Both the position numbers and the translations under genes were made by a program. Shown here piece by piece: positions 30,544-42,569 of a stretch of 64,000 bases of DNA (position 1 is its first letter; every line of letters starts with the position of its first letter). The notes below the pieces were generated by a model that made no database searches, was not told the origin of the DNA, and saw only the letters and a program-made list of their open reading frames with translations. Location of the stretch: positions 6,038-70,037 of the forward strand of contig DATGNB010000084.1 of assembly GCA_035306945.1 (NCBI GenBank), read 5' to 3'. This DNA is from Marinobacter sp. GTDB taxonomy: Bacteria > Pseudomonadota > Gammaproteobacteria > Pseudomonadales > Oleiphilaceae.

Positions 30544-31053
30544 ATGTACCCTGACCACTTTGACAAAGAAGACCTCATCCGCTGTGGCCACGGCGAGCTT
30601 TTCCCTGGGGCCATGCGCTTGCCGATCGACGAAATGCTCATGGTTGACCGCATCACACACGTGGGCGCGGACGATGGTCTGTATGGCAAAGGCAGCCTCG
30701 TGGCTGAGCTGGACATTAATCCGGACCTCTGGTTCTTCAAGGTTCATTTTGAAGGTGACCCGGTCATGCCCGGCTGTCTGGGACTGGATGCCATGTGGCA
30801 ACTGGTTGGTTTCTTCCTGGCCTGGAGTGGTGGCGAGGGCAAGGGGCGTGCCCTGGGCGCCGGAGAAGTAAAATTCTTTGGCCAGGTGCTCCCCGAGAAC
30901 AAGAAGGTAACCTATTACCTGGATATCAAACGGCTCATCCGCCGCAAGCTGACCATGGCAATCGCGGATGCCCGGATGGAAGTGGACGGCCGGGAAATAT
31001 ACACAGCCAAAGACCTGCGGGTTGGCCTGTTCACTTCTACAGATGAATTTTAG
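30544..31053 (+). CDS. fabA: 3-hydroxydecanoyl-ACP dehydratase/isomerase
   Basis: [34 protein letters not shown]. Confidence 0.96.
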   Translation: MYPDHFDKEDLIRCGHGELFPGAMRLPIDEMLMVDRITHVGADDGLYGKGSLVAELDINPDLWFFKVHFEGDPVMPGCLGLDAMWQLVGFFLAWSGGEGKGRALGAGEVKFFGQVLPENKKVTYYLDIKRLIRRKLTMAIADARMEVDGREIYTAKDLRVGLFTSTDEF

Positions 31054-31064
31054 GAGCTAAAACG

Positions 31065-32276
31065 ATGCGTCGTGTAGTGATTACCGGCATGGGGATCGTC
31101 TCCAGCCTAGGCAATAACCAGAAAGAAGTCGCTCAGTCCCTGCGGGAATCCCGTTCCGGCATTGCCTTGAGCGAAGAAGCCCGCGACAACGGCTTGCGCA
31201 GCCACGTGGCCGGCAAGATCGACCTTAACCTGTCAGAACTGATCGACCGCAAACTGTGGCGTTTTATGAGCCCCGCAGCCGGCTATTGCTACCTCGCTGC
31301 CAAAGAAGCCATTGAACAGGCTGGCCTGACCGACGAGCAGTTACGTGCCAATACCACCGGCGCGGTCTTTGGTACTGGTGGTGCATCTACGGTTGAACTG
31401 CTGGATGCGATCGATACGCATCGGGACCGTGGCATCCGCCGCGTTGGCCCGTACCGCGTACCCCGCACCATGGGCAGCGCCATCAATGCGTCGATCACCA
31501 CAGCGTTCGGCATTACCGGCATCAACTACGGTATCACCTCGGCCTGTGCCACCAGCGCCCACTGTATCGGCCACGCGGCAGACCAGATTGCCCTGGGCCG
31601 CCAGGAAGTGATGCTGGCCGGTGGCGGTGAAGACATCCACTGGACCCTGAGCCTGATGTTTGACGCCATGGGCGCGCTGTCCACCAAGTACAACGACACA
31701 CCCGAGCAGGCTTCCCGAACCTACGATGCGGACCGCGACGGCTTTGTTATTTCCGGCGGCGGCGGTGCGTTACTGCTGGAATCCCTGGAGCACGCGGAGG
31801 CCCGTGGCGCGACCATTCTTGCCGAACTGGTCGGCTTTGGCGCGACCTCCGACGGTGCCGACATGGTCGCTCCGAGCGGTGAAGGCGCCGTGCGCTGCAT
31901 GAAGCAGGCGATGGCCAACATCGACGGCGAGATCAAGTACATCAACACCCACGGTACCAGCACCCCGGCCGGCGACGTCACCGAACTGAAGGCGCTGAAA
32001 GAGACCTTTGGCGACAAGATTCCGCCGCTGAGCTCCACCAAGCCCCTGTGCGGCCACGCCCTGGGTGCGGCCGGCGTCCACGAGGCGGTTTACAGCCTGA
32101 TCATGCAGCGGGAAGGCTTTATTGCGCCGTCGGCCAACATCCAGACTCTGGATGAGGGTGCCGAAGGTTACCCGATCGTGCGCGAGCGGCTGGACAACCA
32201 GAACCTGGATCTGGTGATGAGCAACAGCTTCGGCTTTGGCGGCACCAACGCCACCCTGATTTTCAGGAAAGTCTGA
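31065..32276 (+). CDS. fabB: Beta-ketoacyl-ACP synthase I
   Basis: [38 protein letters not shown]; operonic with fabA. Confidence 0.95.
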   Translation: MRRVVITGMGIVSSLGNNQKEVAQSLRESRSGIALSEEARDNGLRSHVAGKIDLNLSELIDRKLWRFMSPAAGYCYLAAKEAIEQAGLTDEQLRANTTGAVFGTGGASTVELLDAIDTHRDRGIRRVGPYRVPRTMGSAINASITTAFGITGINYGITSACATSAHCIGHAADQIALGRQEVMLAGGGEDIHWTLSLMFDAMGALSTKYNDTPEQASRTYDADRDGFVISGGGGALLLESLEHAEARGATILAELVGFGATSDGADMVAPSGEGAVRCMKQAMANIDGEIKYINTHGTSTPAGDVTELKALKETFGDKIPPLSSTKPLCGHALGAAGVHEAVYSLIMQREGFIAPSANIQTLDEGAEGYPIVRERLDNQNLDLVMSNSFGFGGTNATLIFRKV

Positions 32277-32633
32277 TCAGGACAGCCTGAGCGAGCGGTA
32301 TTCAGCCGGCGAAGTGCCCATCCAGCGCTTGAACGCCCGGCTGAATGCGCTCAGTTCCGAAAATCCAAGTTGCTCGGCGATCTCTACCAGCGGCTTGGAT
32401 TTATCCTTCATATAGGTCAGCGCCTGCTCCCGGCGCACCTGCTCCAGTAAACTCGCAAACGTAAGCCCTTCCTGGCGCAACTTCTTGTGCAGCGTATACC
32501 GGCTCATGTTCAGCTGTCCGGCAACGGTCTCAACCCCGACCTTGCCACGCTCCAGCTGCAACCGGATCAGCCTGCTGACCCTGGCACCCATCAAAGGCTT
32601 TGAATTTTCAGGCCCTAATGGCTCTGATGACAT
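32277..32633 (-). CDS. Stand-alone AraC-type helix-turn-helix protein (no ligand-binding domain)
   Basis: VAGQLNMSRYTLHKKL and IAEQLGFSELSAFSRAFKRWMGTSPAEYR; AGGAGG RBS. Confidence 0.85.
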   Translation of the reverse strand: MSSEPLGPENSKPLMGARVSRLIRLQLERGKVGVETVAGQLNMSRYTLHKKLRQEGLTFASLLEQVRREQALTYMKDKSKPLVEIAEQLGFSELSAFSRAFKRWMGTSPAEYRSLRLS

Positions 32634-32680
32634 GCTGGTTCCTCCTGACTTTCATCCTGGCCCACACTGCCAATCCTATC

Positions 32681-32698
32681 AGCGTACACATGTTAGCT
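32681..32698. promoter_or_regulatory. FabR/DesT-type operator upstream of the AraC-HTH gene
   Basis: AGCGTACACATGTTAGCT; near-identical to the site at 22858 and, from recall, to the E. coli fabA FabR site. Confidence 0.7.
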
Positions 32699-32718
32699 GA
32701 AATCAATCAATAAGACCT

Positions 32719-32760
32719 TTGAGCAAGATCAATAGATATCCCGCTCCGTTGCGGCATACT
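32719..32760 (+). promoter_or_regulatory. FNR/ANR-type class II promoter of trhP
   Basis: TTGAG-CAAG-ATCAA (32719-32732) and -10 CATACT (32755-32760). Confidence 0.7.
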
Positions 32761-32810
32761 TCGCGCTTTTCTCTACCACTACCGCTCACCGAACTCACCC
32801 CGGAGCCCCC

Positions 32811-34127
32811 ATGATCACCCCCGAACTGCTCGCTCCCGCCGGCACCCCTGATCATCTCGAAACCGCATTCGCCTACGGCGCAGATGCCGTCTATGCAGGC
32901 CAGCCACGATACTCCCTGCGGGTACGGAACAACAGTTTCAAAGACGTTGCCGCCCTGGCCGCGGGGATTGAGCGCGCCCATCATCTGGGCAAACAGTTCT
33001 ATCTGGTTTCCAACATCGCGCCCCATAACGACAAGGTGCGCAGCTACCTCAGAGACCTGGCGCCGATACTGGCGCACAAACCCGATGCCCTGATCATGTC
33101 AGACCCGGGGCTGATCATGCTGGTACGCGAGCAGTGGCCAGACCAGCCCATTCACCTGTCCGTGCAGGCCAACGCCGTCAATTGGGCCACGGTCGAGTTC
33201 TGGCGCCGCCAGGGTATCAGCCGGGTCATACTGTCCCGGGAGCTGGCCCTGAACGAGATCCGCGACATCCGCGAAAAAGTCCCCGCCATGGAGCTGGAAG
33301 TATTTGTTCATGGCGCCCTGTGTATGGCCTACTCCGGGCGCTGCCTGCTCTCGGGCTACATGAACCACCGGGACGCCAACCAGGGCGCCTGCACCAACGC
33401 CTGCCGCTGGAACTACAAACCGGTGGCTCACAGCCACGACCAGAGCGGCGACCTGATCGCCACCTCCGCCACAGATATTGAGCCTGACCAACCCCGGGAA
33501 ATTCTGCTCGAAGAGCCCAATCGTCCAGGTGGATTTATCCCCGCCTACGAAGACGAGCACGGCACTTACATCATGAACTCGAAAGACCTGCGCGCGGTGC
33601 AGCACGTGGCCGACCTGATTCGCATGGGCGTACATTCCCTCAAGATCGAGGGCCGCACCAAAAGCACCTATTACGTGGCCCGTACTACCCAGGTGTACCG
33701 GCGCGCCATCGACGACGCACTGGCCGGCAAGCCCTTCGACCTGAAGATGATGGATGAGCTCGAAGCCCTCTCCAACCGGGGCTACACCGAAGGCTTCCTG
33801 CGCCGCCATGTACCCGAGGACTATCAGACCTATGAGCAGGGCTCCTCTTACCTTGGCACCCAGCAAGTCGTCGGCACCATCCTCGACAGCAATGAACACT
33901 GGCTGACCATCGACGTCAAGAACCGGTTCGCACCCGGTGACCGCCTCGAGCTGATCACGCCATCCGGCAACCTCCGGTTTGTTGCCGCGGCCATGGAAAA
34001 CCGCGCCGGCGCCAGCATGGCCTGCGCCCCCGGGAGCGGCCACATTGTCCGGATTCCCCGCCCCCGGGGATTGCCGGATTGCCTTCGTTTCAGCTACCTC
34101 ACCCGCCTGCTTCCTGCCCGCACCTGA
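32811..34127 (+). CDS. trhP: Prephenate-dependent tRNA U34 hydroxylase (U32 family, YegQ)
   Basis: PELLAPAG, YAGQPRYSLRVRNN, HGALCMAYSGRCLLS, ACTNACRW, DEHGTYIMNSKDL. Confidence 0.93.
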   Translation: MITPELLAPAGTPDHLETAFAYGADAVYAGQPRYSLRVRNNSFKDVAALAAGIERAHHLGKQFYLVSNIAPHNDKVRSYLRDLAPILAHKPDALIMSDPGLIMLVREQWPDQPIHLSVQANAVNWATVEFWRRQGISRVILSRELALNEIRDIREKVPAMELEVFVHGALCMAYSGRCLLSGYMNHRDANQGACTNACRWNYKPVAHSHDQSGDLIATSATDIEPDQPREILLEEPNRPGGFIPAYEDEHGTYIMNSKDLRAVQHVADLIRMGVHSLKIEGRTKSTYYVARTTQVYRRAIDDALAGKPFDLKMMDELEALSNRGYTEGFLRRHVPEDYQTYEQGSSYLGTQQVVGTILDSNEHWLTIDVKNRFAPGDRLELITPSGNLRFVAAAMENRAGASMACAPGSGHIVRIPRPRGLPDCLRFSYLTRLLPART

Positions 34128-34195
34128 ACAGCCTCTCGGTTGGCCCTTAGTGCCCCGGAGGCTGATTAAGGTATAATCCGTAATCGAGCAAATTA

Positions 34196-34220
34196 ATACC
34201 TGACTAAATTACTCTGGTAT
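34196..34220. promoter_or_regulatory. IscR type-1 binding site upstream of sufB
   Basis: ATACCTGACTAAATTACTCTGGTAT, 23/25 match to ATASYYGACTRWWWYAGTCRRSTAT; TATAAT follows at 34223. Confidence 0.75.
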
Positions 34221-34320
34221 TGTATAATCTCACACCAGAAACCATGGGACCAAAGGGCCGCCAGCCCTTCCCTGCCATTCAGGCATAAAGCCCAGATGAG
34301 AGAATTACGGAGCGACGATC

Positions 34321-35769
<1,449 letters not shown>

Positions 35770-35811
35770 TTTTCACTACAGAATTTCGGAATCACAGAGA
35801 GAAGCGTACAA

Positions 35812-36573
35812 ATGCTGAGCATCAAAAACCTGCACGCATCCGTTGAGGGTAACGAGATCCTCAAGGGCATCAACCTGGAGATCAAGGCCGGGGAAGTTCA
35901 CGCCATTATGGGCCCGAACGGTTCCGGTAAAAGTACCCTGTCACAGGTTCTGGCAGGCAACGAAGCATTTGAGGTAACCGAGGGCGAAGTGACCCTCAAC
36001 GGTGAAGACCTGCTCGAACTGGAAACCGAAACACGGGCCCGCGAAGGCATCTTCCTGGCGTTCCAGTACCCGGTGGAAATCCCGGGCGTCAGCAACCTGC
36101 ACTTCCTGCGCACCGCCGTCAACGCCATGCGCAAGCACCGGGGCGAAGAAGAAATGAACGCGGCCGAGTTCATGAAGCTGGCCCGGGAAGTTTCTCAACA
36201 GGTAGACCTTGATCCCGGCTTCCTCAAGCGCGGCGTCAACGAAGGCTTCTCCGGTGGCGAGAAAAAGCGTAACGAAATCATGCAGGCTCTGCTGCTCCAG
36301 CCCAAGCTGGCCATTCTTGATGAAACCGACTCCGGCCTGGACATCGACGCCCTTAAAGTGGTGTCTGATGGCGTGAATGCCTTGCGTGCCCCGGATCGTG
36401 CCATCCTGATGATTACTCACTACCAGCGCTTGCTGAACCACATTGTGCCCGATTACGTGCATGTTCTGGCAGACGGCAGGATCATCAAGTCCGGTGGCCG
36501 GGAACTGGCGCTGGAGCTGGAAGAAAAAGGTTATGGCTGGCTGGGTATTCAAGACGACAACGCCAGCAACTGA
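35812..36573 (+). CDS. sufC: Fe-S assembly ATPase SufC
   Basis: GPNGSGKST, AFQYPVEIPGV, FSGGEKKRNE, DETDSGLDIDA. Confidence 0.97.
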   Translation: MLSIKNLHASVEGNEILKGINLEIKAGEVHAIMGPNGSGKSTLSQVLAGNEAFEVTEGEVTLNGEDLLELETETRAREGIFLAFQYPVEIPGVSNLHFLRTAVNAMRKHRGEEEMNAAEFMKLAREVSQQVDLDPGFLKRGVNEGFSGGEKKRNEIMQALLLQPKLAILDETDSGLDIDALKVVSDGVNALRAPDRAILMITHYQRLLNHIVPDYVHVLADGRIIKSGGRELALELEEKGYGWLGIQDDNASN

Positions 36574-36588
36574 TCAGGAGGCCGCGGA

Positions 36589-37872
36589 ATGAAATCTGTA
36601 CCCATGCTTTCCGGCGCTTTCCTGCAGCCGGCCGGACAGGCGCTGCCACAGCCACTACTGGCTCTGCGCAAGGCCCGGTCCGAGGCACTGGCCAATATGG
36701 CAATGCCAACCCGCAAAACTGAAAACTGGAAGTACTCCAGCAAGTACCTGAAGCTCACGGAGGACATGGCGGCCACCTTGCCCGCCAGCGCCGAGCCCAG
36801 CCCCCTGGATGTGCCGGGTTATCGGATTGTCCTCAACAACGGTGTGGTTAACCGGTCTGACAGCCAGTATCCGGACCACAAGGGCATCAACGTCCAGCGT
36901 TTCGGTGATCTGGACGATGAGACGGCCGGAAAACTGGCCGATCAGTTGGACTCGACTCTGGACCCGAAAGTAACCCAGTTTGCCCAGGTCAACAGTGCCC
37001 GGTTTGAAGATGGCTTGCTGATACAGCTGGCAGCCGACACCGTACTGGATAAACCGCTGTTCATCATTCACCAGGCTCAGGCCAGCCAGAACGGCTCCGC
37101 CTTCCCGCGGATTTTTGTGGAAGCCGCCAACCACAGCCAGATGACTCTGGTCGAGGTTTACGTCTCTGCGGGTTCGTCTGCGGCACTGGTGGATACCGTC
37201 ACTGAATTCCAGCTGGCCGACGGCGCCAGCATTACCAGTATCCGCCTGACCATGGAGGGCGAGACCGTCCAGCACATCGGTGCCACGGGCGTACGCCAGC
37301 AGCGCAACTCCCGCTTTGAAAGCCACTGCGTTGGTTTTGGTGGCCCCCTGCGTCGCCACGACCTGCAGGTTCGCCTGGAAGGCGAAGGCGCGGAGACCAA
37401 GCTTAACGGCGTGGTCGTCACTCAGGACAAGCAGCATTACGATAACCACACGGCCATCGACCACGTGGCAGCGCACTGCAACAGCGATGAAACCTACCGT
37501 AACATCGCCGCAGACGAGTCCCACGCCGTGTTCAAAGGCCGCATTCATATTCATCAGGACGCCCAGAAGTCCAATGCCAATATGAACAACCGCAACCTGC
37601 TGCTTTCCAACGGTGCTGAAATCGACACCAAGCCCGAACTGGAAATCTACGCCGATGACGTCAAGTGTGCTCACGGTGCCACCATCGGCCAACTGGATGA
37701 GACCTCCATCTTCTATCTGGTGTCCCGCGGCATTGATCGCCGGCAGGCCAAGATCCTGCTGACCATGGCATTCATTAACGAGCTGGTCGAACAGATCCCG
37801 GTAGAGGCGGTGCGTGATGCTGCCCACGCGAGACTGAGCGGCTTTTTTGAGCAAACCTTTCAGGAGGCCTGA
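36589..37872 (+). CDS. sufD: Fe-S assembly protein SufD
   Basis: ENWKYS, TKPELEIYADDVKCAHGATIG. Confidence 0.95.
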   Translation: MKSVPMLSGAFLQPAGQALPQPLLALRKARSEALANMAMPTRKTENWKYSSKYLKLTEDMAATLPASAEPSPLDVPGYRIVLNNGVVNRSDSQYPDHKGINVQRFGDLDDETAGKLADQLDSTLDPKVTQFAQVNSARFEDGLLIQLAADTVLDKPLFIIHQAQASQNGSAFPRIFVEAANHSQMTLVEVYVSAGSSAALVDTVTEFQLADGASITSIRLTMEGETVQHIGATGVRQQRNSRFESHCVGFGGPLRRHDLQVRLEGEGAETKLNGVVVTQDKQHYDNHTAIDHVAAHCNSDETYRNIAADESHAVFKGRIHIHQDAQKSNANMNNRNLLLSNGAEIDTKPELEIYADDVKCAHGATIGQLDETSIFYLVSRGIDRRQAKILLTMAFINELVEQIPVEAVRDAAHARLSGFFEQTFQEA

Positions 37873-37877
37873 CCGGC

Positions 37878-39131
37878 ATGACCGATCTGTCTATGGCGAA
37901 TACCACCAGGCCGCGGACGTTTGACGTAGCAAGCGTTCGCCGCGACTTTCCCATCCTGGCACAGCAAGTCAACGGGAAGCCGCTGGTGTATCTGGACAAC
38001 GGTGCTTCGTCGCAGAAGCCGCTGGCCGTCCTGGATGCCATGGACCGCTATTATCGGGAAATGCACTCAAACGTGCACCGGGGCGCCCATACGCTGGGCG
38101 ACCGGGCCACAGCCGCCTTTGAAGGGGCCCGGGAAGTTGTCCGCAAGTTTATCAACGCCCCGAGCACCCGTGAGATCATCTGGACCCGTGGCACCACGGA
38201 AGCCATTAACCTGGTAGCCAATGGCCTGGCTCCGCGCCTGAACACAGGCGATGAGATTATGGTCAGCCATATGGAACACCATGCCAACATCGTGCCCTGG
38301 CAGATGCTGGCCGAGCGTACCGGTGCCCGTGTGGTTCCGGTACCGGTCACCCTGGCCGGCGAACTTGACCTGGAGGCGTTTAACCGCCTGCTCACCGACC
38401 GCACCCGGGTGCTGGCCCTGAGCCACGTATCCAACGTTCTGGGCACGGTGAATCCGGTTGCGTCCCTGATCGCACAGGCCAGGGAACAAGGCGTCATCAC
38501 GGTGATTGACGGTGCTCAGGCAGTCCCCCATTTCAAGCCCGATGTGCAGGCGCTCGGCTGTGACTTCTACGCGTTCTCGTCCCACAAGGTTTTCGGCCCT
38601 ACCGGTATCGGAGTACTTTATGGCCGGGCAGAACTGCTGGAACACATGCCCCCGTATCAGGGTGGCGGCGAAATGATTGAACGGGTCTCGTTCGAGCGCA
38701 CCACCTGGAACGTTCTGCCCTATAAGTTCGAAGCCGGCACCCCGGCCATCGCTGAAGCGGTGGGCCTCGCTGCGGCACTGAAGTATCTGGAAAGCCTCGA
38801 CCGCAAAGCCATGGAGGTGGCCGAAAACCAGTTGCTGCTTCGGGCCAGCGAACTGGTTGAGACGGTTCCGGGGATGGAAATCATTGGCACGGCGCGCCAG
38901 AAAGTGCCCGTGCTGTCGTTCAAAATTGCCGGATTGCACCCAAGCGATATCGGCACCCTGCTGGATCAGCAGGGCATCGCCATCCGCACCGGCCACCATT
39001 GCGCCATGCCGCTGATGGACTTCTACGGAGTACCCGGTACAGCCCGGGCGTCCTTTGCGTTTTATAATACGCTGGAAGAGGTCGACAAACTGTTTTCAGG
39101 CCTGCAAAAAATCCAGCACCTGTTTGCCTGA
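37878..39131 (+). CDS. sufS: Cysteine desulfurase SufS
   Basis: YLDNGASSQKP, SSHKVFGPTG, RTGHHCA. Confidence 0.95.
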   Translation: MTDLSMANTTRPRTFDVASVRRDFPILAQQVNGKPLVYLDNGASSQKPLAVLDAMDRYYREMHSNVHRGAHTLGDRATAAFEGAREVVRKFINAPSTREIIWTRGTTEAINLVANGLAPRLNTGDEIMVSHMEHHANIVPWQMLAERTGARVVPVPVTLAGELDLEAFNRLLTDRTRVLALSHVSNVLGTVNPVASLIAQAREQGVITVIDGAQAVPHFKPDVQALGCDFYAFSSHKVFGPTGIGVLYGRAELLEHMPPYQGGGEMIERVSFERTTWNVLPYKFEAGTPAIAEAVGLAAALKYLESLDRKAMEVAENQLLLRASELVETVPGMEIIGTARQKVPVLSFKIAGLHPSDIGTLLDQQGIAIRTGHHCAMPLMDFYGVPGTARASFAFYNTLEEVDKLFSGLQKIQHLFA

Positions 39132-39143
39132 GGAGGTGGAAAC

Positions 39144-39503
39144 ATGACCGCCGAAGTCTTCACCCCGAACAGCGATGTGAACGTGACCATGACCAGTACA
39201 GCGGTCAGGCATGTCCGTAAGCAGCTCGACAAAAAGCCGGAAGCCAGAGGCATTCGCCTGGCGATCCGGAAAAGCGGCTGTTCCGGTTTTAAATACGAAA
39301 CCCAGTGGGTAGAAGAGCCTGCTGCCGATGACCACATCTTTCATATCGACGGTGTCGATGTGTACGTCCGGCAGGAGCACCTGCCGCTGGTCAACGGCAT
39401 TGAAATAGACTTTGTCACCGAAGGGGTTAACTCCCTGTTCCGCTTCCGCAACCCCAATGCCACGGCGGAATGCGGGTGTGGCGAGAGCTTTACGGTGGCA
39501 TGA
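39144..39503 (+). CDS. sufA: A-type Fe-S carrier (SufA/IscA family)
   Basis: KSGCSGF and NPN...CGCGESF. Confidence 0.88.
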   Translation: MTAEVFTPNSDVNVTMTSTAVRHVRKQLDKKPEARGIRLAIRKSGCSGFKYETQWVEEPAADDHIFHIDGVDVYVRQEHLPLVNGIEIDFVTEGVNSLFRFRNPNATAECGCGESFTVA

Positions 39504-39519
39504 ACAAGGGATAAACCCA

Positions 39520-40062
39520 ATGCGAGAACGCGAAGTCGTCCTGACAAAACGCGAAGTAGAAGCCAGGCTGGTGCCCTCCGGTACAGAAGTGATGATCCCG
39601 GCCGATACGTTCGTGACCATCACCCAGTCCCTTGGCGGTACCTTTACCGTTGCGGTCAATGGCAACCTGGCCCGGATTGAGGGCCACGATGCAGATGCCC
39701 TCGGCAAACAGCCTCTGGAAAGCAGTTTCGAAACGCCGGAAGACGGCACCATTAACGAAAACCAGGTGTGGGAAGCGCTGCGTAACTGCTACGATCCCGA
39801 GATTCCGGTCAACGTGGTGGACCTGGGGCTGATCTACGAGTGCAGGATCGAGAACGCGACCGACCAGGGCAATCATGTGTATATCCTGATGACCCTCACC
39901 GCCGCCGGCTGTGGTATGGGCCCGGTGATCACCAATGATGTGAAGATCAAGGTTGAGCATGTTCCCAATGTTGACAAGGTGACGGTTGAGCTGACGTTTG
40001 ATCCGCCCTGGAACAACGATATGCTGACCGACGACGCCAAGCTCGAACTGGGAATGCTATGA
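39520..40062 (+). CDS. sufT: Fe-S assembly protein SufT (DUF59)
   Basis: ITQSLGGTFTV, CYDPEIPVNVVDLGLIY, TLTAAGCGMG, FDPPW. Confidence 0.9.
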   Translation: MREREVVLTKREVEARLVPSGTEVMIPADTFVTITQSLGGTFTVAVNGNLARIEGHDADALGKQPLESSFETPEDGTINENQVWEALRNCYDPEIPVNVVDLGLIYECRIENATDQGNHVYILMTLTAAGCGMGPVITNDVKIKVEHVPNVDKVTVELTFDPPWNNDMLTDDAKLELGML

Positions 40063-40517
40063 CCGCCAGCAAACAACTGTTTCTTTCTAACCCGCTGGGC
40101 AGCAAAACCACACTGGCCGACGTTCTGGATGCCTTTGAGTTTCTGGATGACTGGGAAGAGCGCTACGCCTATATCATTGATCTGGGCAAGCAGCTGCCGG
40201 CCTTCCCGGACGAGGCGCGTACAGAGGAAAACTACGTGCACGGCTGCCAGAGTCAGGTATGGCTGATCCATCATCAGGACGAAGACAGCGGCAAACTGTT
40301 CCTGCTGATCGACTCCGACGCCATGATTGTCCGGGGGCTGGCTGCCATCATCCTGGTGGCGCTTAACGGCCGCACCCCCCGCGACCTGCTCGCCACCGAT
40401 ATTGATGAGTTGTTCGAGCAGCTCGACCTGTTCCGGCACATCTCTCCGACCCGCGGGAATGGCCTTCGCTCCATGGTGGGCAAGATCCGTGACATTGCAG
40501 CTGCCGAGGCCCAGTAA
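40059..40517 (+). CDS. sufE: Sulfur acceptor SufE
   Basis: WEERYAYIIDLG, VHGCQSQVW, DSDA, SPTRGNGL. Confidence 0.93.
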   Translation: MTASKQLFLSNPLGSKTTLADVLDAFEFLDDWEERYAYIIDLGKQLPAFPDEARTEENYVHGCQSQVWLIHHQDEDSGKLFLLIDSDAMIVRGLAAIILVALNGRTPRDLLATDIDELFEQLDLFRHISPTRGNGLRSMVGKIRDIAAAEAQ

Positions 40518-40580
40518 TCCCCGGCATTTTTCCGCCCACAACCTGCCTGTGGCCCGGGAACACAAGGAGCTCCCTCACCC

Positions 40581-41693
40581 ATGCAAATCTATCTGGTAGG
40601 CGGAGCGGTTCGTGACCAGCTCCTGGGCCTGAAGGTCAAAGACCGGGACTGGGTGGTGGTGGGCGCCACGCCCCAGCAGATGGTGGAACAGGGATTTCGT
40701 CAGGTGGGCGCAGACTTTCCCGTATTCCTGCACCCCGACACCGGTGAAGAGTATGCTCTGGCCCGAACCGAGCGCAAACAGGGCCAGGGGTATCATGGCT
40801 TCTCAGTGTACAGCTCACCGGATGTTACTCTGGAGGACGATCTCAAGCGCCGGGATCTGACCATCAATGCCATGGCCCTGGCCGAAGACGGCCAGCTGAT
40901 AGACCCGTTCAACGGCCGTCGAGACCTCGAGCAACGGCGGTTGCATCATGTTTCTGAAGCTTTTTCTGAAGATCCGCTGCGGATTTTGCGCACCTCGCGC
41001 TTTGCTGCCCGGCTCAGCCCCCTGGGGTTTCGCGTAAGTCCCGAAACCATGACCCTGATGCGGAGCATGGTGGCCAACCGCGAGCTGGAGCACCTGGCGG
41101 CCGAGCGAGTGTGGCAGGAAACCCGGCGCGCACTCCATGAAAATGATCCTGTCGTCTACTTTGAGGTGCTCCGGGAACTGGGTGCGCTGCACGTTCTGAT
41201 TCCGGAACTGGCCTCCGGCCAGGCCCGGGAAGCCGGCCTGGAGGCGCTCCGCTGCATGCACCAGCGGTCCGGGGATACCGCCCAGCGACTCGCCGCACTC
41301 CTGTGCGCCCTGCCCGAAGACGACGGGCAAGCCCGAGCGGTTGCCCTGAAAAGTCCCACCGACTGTCGTGACATGGTCCGGCTGGTTTGCCGCTTCATGA
41401 GCCACCTGGGCACCGGGGGCCGCCTGACCCCCGAGCGGGTTCTGTCATTGCTGGAGTCCGCCGATCTCTGGCGTCGCCGTGAGCGCTTCGACGCCCTGGC
41501 CGCAACGCTGGCCTGCACCCTGCCTCCGGCACAGGCTCCGTTACTGGAGCTGCTCCGGGCAGCTGCCGGAGAAGCACTTCTGGTGCAGCCAAAAGCGCTT
41601 GTAGCCCAGGGTTTTCAGGGCAAGGAGCTGGGCCAGGAAATCCGCCGGCAACGTCTCCGGTGCGTGGCCCGGATACTCGATGCGAGCGCCTGA
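40581..41693 (+). CDS. cca: CCA-adding tRNA nucleotidyltransferase (short form, no HD motif)
   Basis: VGGAVRD...[29 protein letters not shown]. Confidence 0.93.
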   Translation: MQIYLVGGAVRDQLLGLKVKDRDWVVVGATPQQMVEQGFRQVGADFPVFLHPDTGEEYALARTERKQGQGYHGFSVYSSPDVTLEDDLKRRDLTINAMALAEDGQLIDPFNGRRDLEQRRLHHVSEAFSEDPLRILRTSRFAARLSPLGFRVSPETMTLMRSMVANRELEHLAAERVWQETRRALHENDPVVYFEVLRELGALHVLIPELASGQAREAGLEALRCMHQRSGDTAQRLAALLCALPEDDGQARAVALKSPTDCRDMVRLVCRFMSHLGTGGRLTPERVLSLLESADLWRRRERFDALAATLACTLPPAQAPLLELLRAAAGEALLVQPKALVAQGFQGKELGQEIRRQRLRCVARILDASA

Positions 41694-41703
41694 GGAAAAC
41701 ACC

Positions 41704-42444
41704 ATGAACGCACCTGTTGCACTGATCACCGGCGCCGCCCACCGGCTGGGCGCCTGCATTGCCGAAACCCTGCATGGCCGGGGCTGGAATCTGGTGATCC
41801 ATTATCGCAGTCGTTCGCAGCAGGCCCGTGAACTGACAGACAGGCTCAACCAGCGCCGCGCAAACTCGGCCCTGGCCGTACAGGCAGACCTTGCCAGCCT
41901 GAGCGATCTGGAGAATCTGGCCACGGCGGCCTGCAGCCATTGGCAGCGCCTGGACGCGCTCATCAACAATGCCTCAGCCTTTTACCCGACCCCTACCGCC
42001 ACAGCCACAGAAACCGACTGGCATACCCTGATGGACGCCAACCTCAAAGCGCCTTTCTTCCTGCTTCAGCACTGCCTGCCTGCGCTGCAACAATCGTCTG
42101 GCACGGTGGTCAATCTCATCGACATCTACCATGAGAAACCCCTGGCCGACCATCCTCTGTATTGCGCCAGCAAGGCGGGCCTGGCAGCCCTGACCCGGTC
42201 CTGGGCCAAAGAACTCGCGCCCGGAATCCGGGTTAACGGGGTATCGCCCGGGGCCATTCTATGGCCGGAAGGTACCACAGAAACCAACCCTGAGCGCCAG
42301 CGTGCGATCCTCGACGCCACGCCCCTGGCGCGTACCGGCACCCCAGCCGATATTGCCGGTGCCGTGACGTTCCTGATCTGTGATGCCCCGTTTATCACCG
42401 GTCATATCCTGCCCGTGGATGGCGGGCGCAGCCTCGCGATCTGA
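41704..42444 (+). CDS. folM: Pteridine/dihydromonapterin reductase (SDR)
   Basis: [30 protein letters not shown]. Confidence 0.8.
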   Translation: MNAPVALITGAAHRLGACIAETLHGRGWNLVIHYRSRSQQARELTDRLNQRRANSALAVQADLASLSDLENLATAACSHWQRLDALINNASAFYPTPTATATETDWHTLMDANLKAPFFLLQHCLPALQQSSGTVVNLIDIYHEKPLADHPLYCASKAGLAALTRSWAKELAPGIRVNGVSPGAILWPEGTTETNPERQRAILDATPLARTGTPADIAGAVTFLICDAPFITGHILPVDGGRSLAI

Positions 42445-42569
42445 AACTCCTGCGGCTAACTGCGACCATAGTTGTTTTGGCGCATCAAGTCTTTACCGCT
42501 ACAATGCCTGCCATATTAATCCAACGAGGCGAGCCTTACCGAGCTTGCCCACTGAAACGGAGATTTTCC

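Noticed and set aside
40581-41693. cca lacking the HD phosphatase motif as a pseudogene or novelty
   Set aside because: Intact ORF with all polymerase motifs; short CCA enzymes are common in gammaproteobacteria
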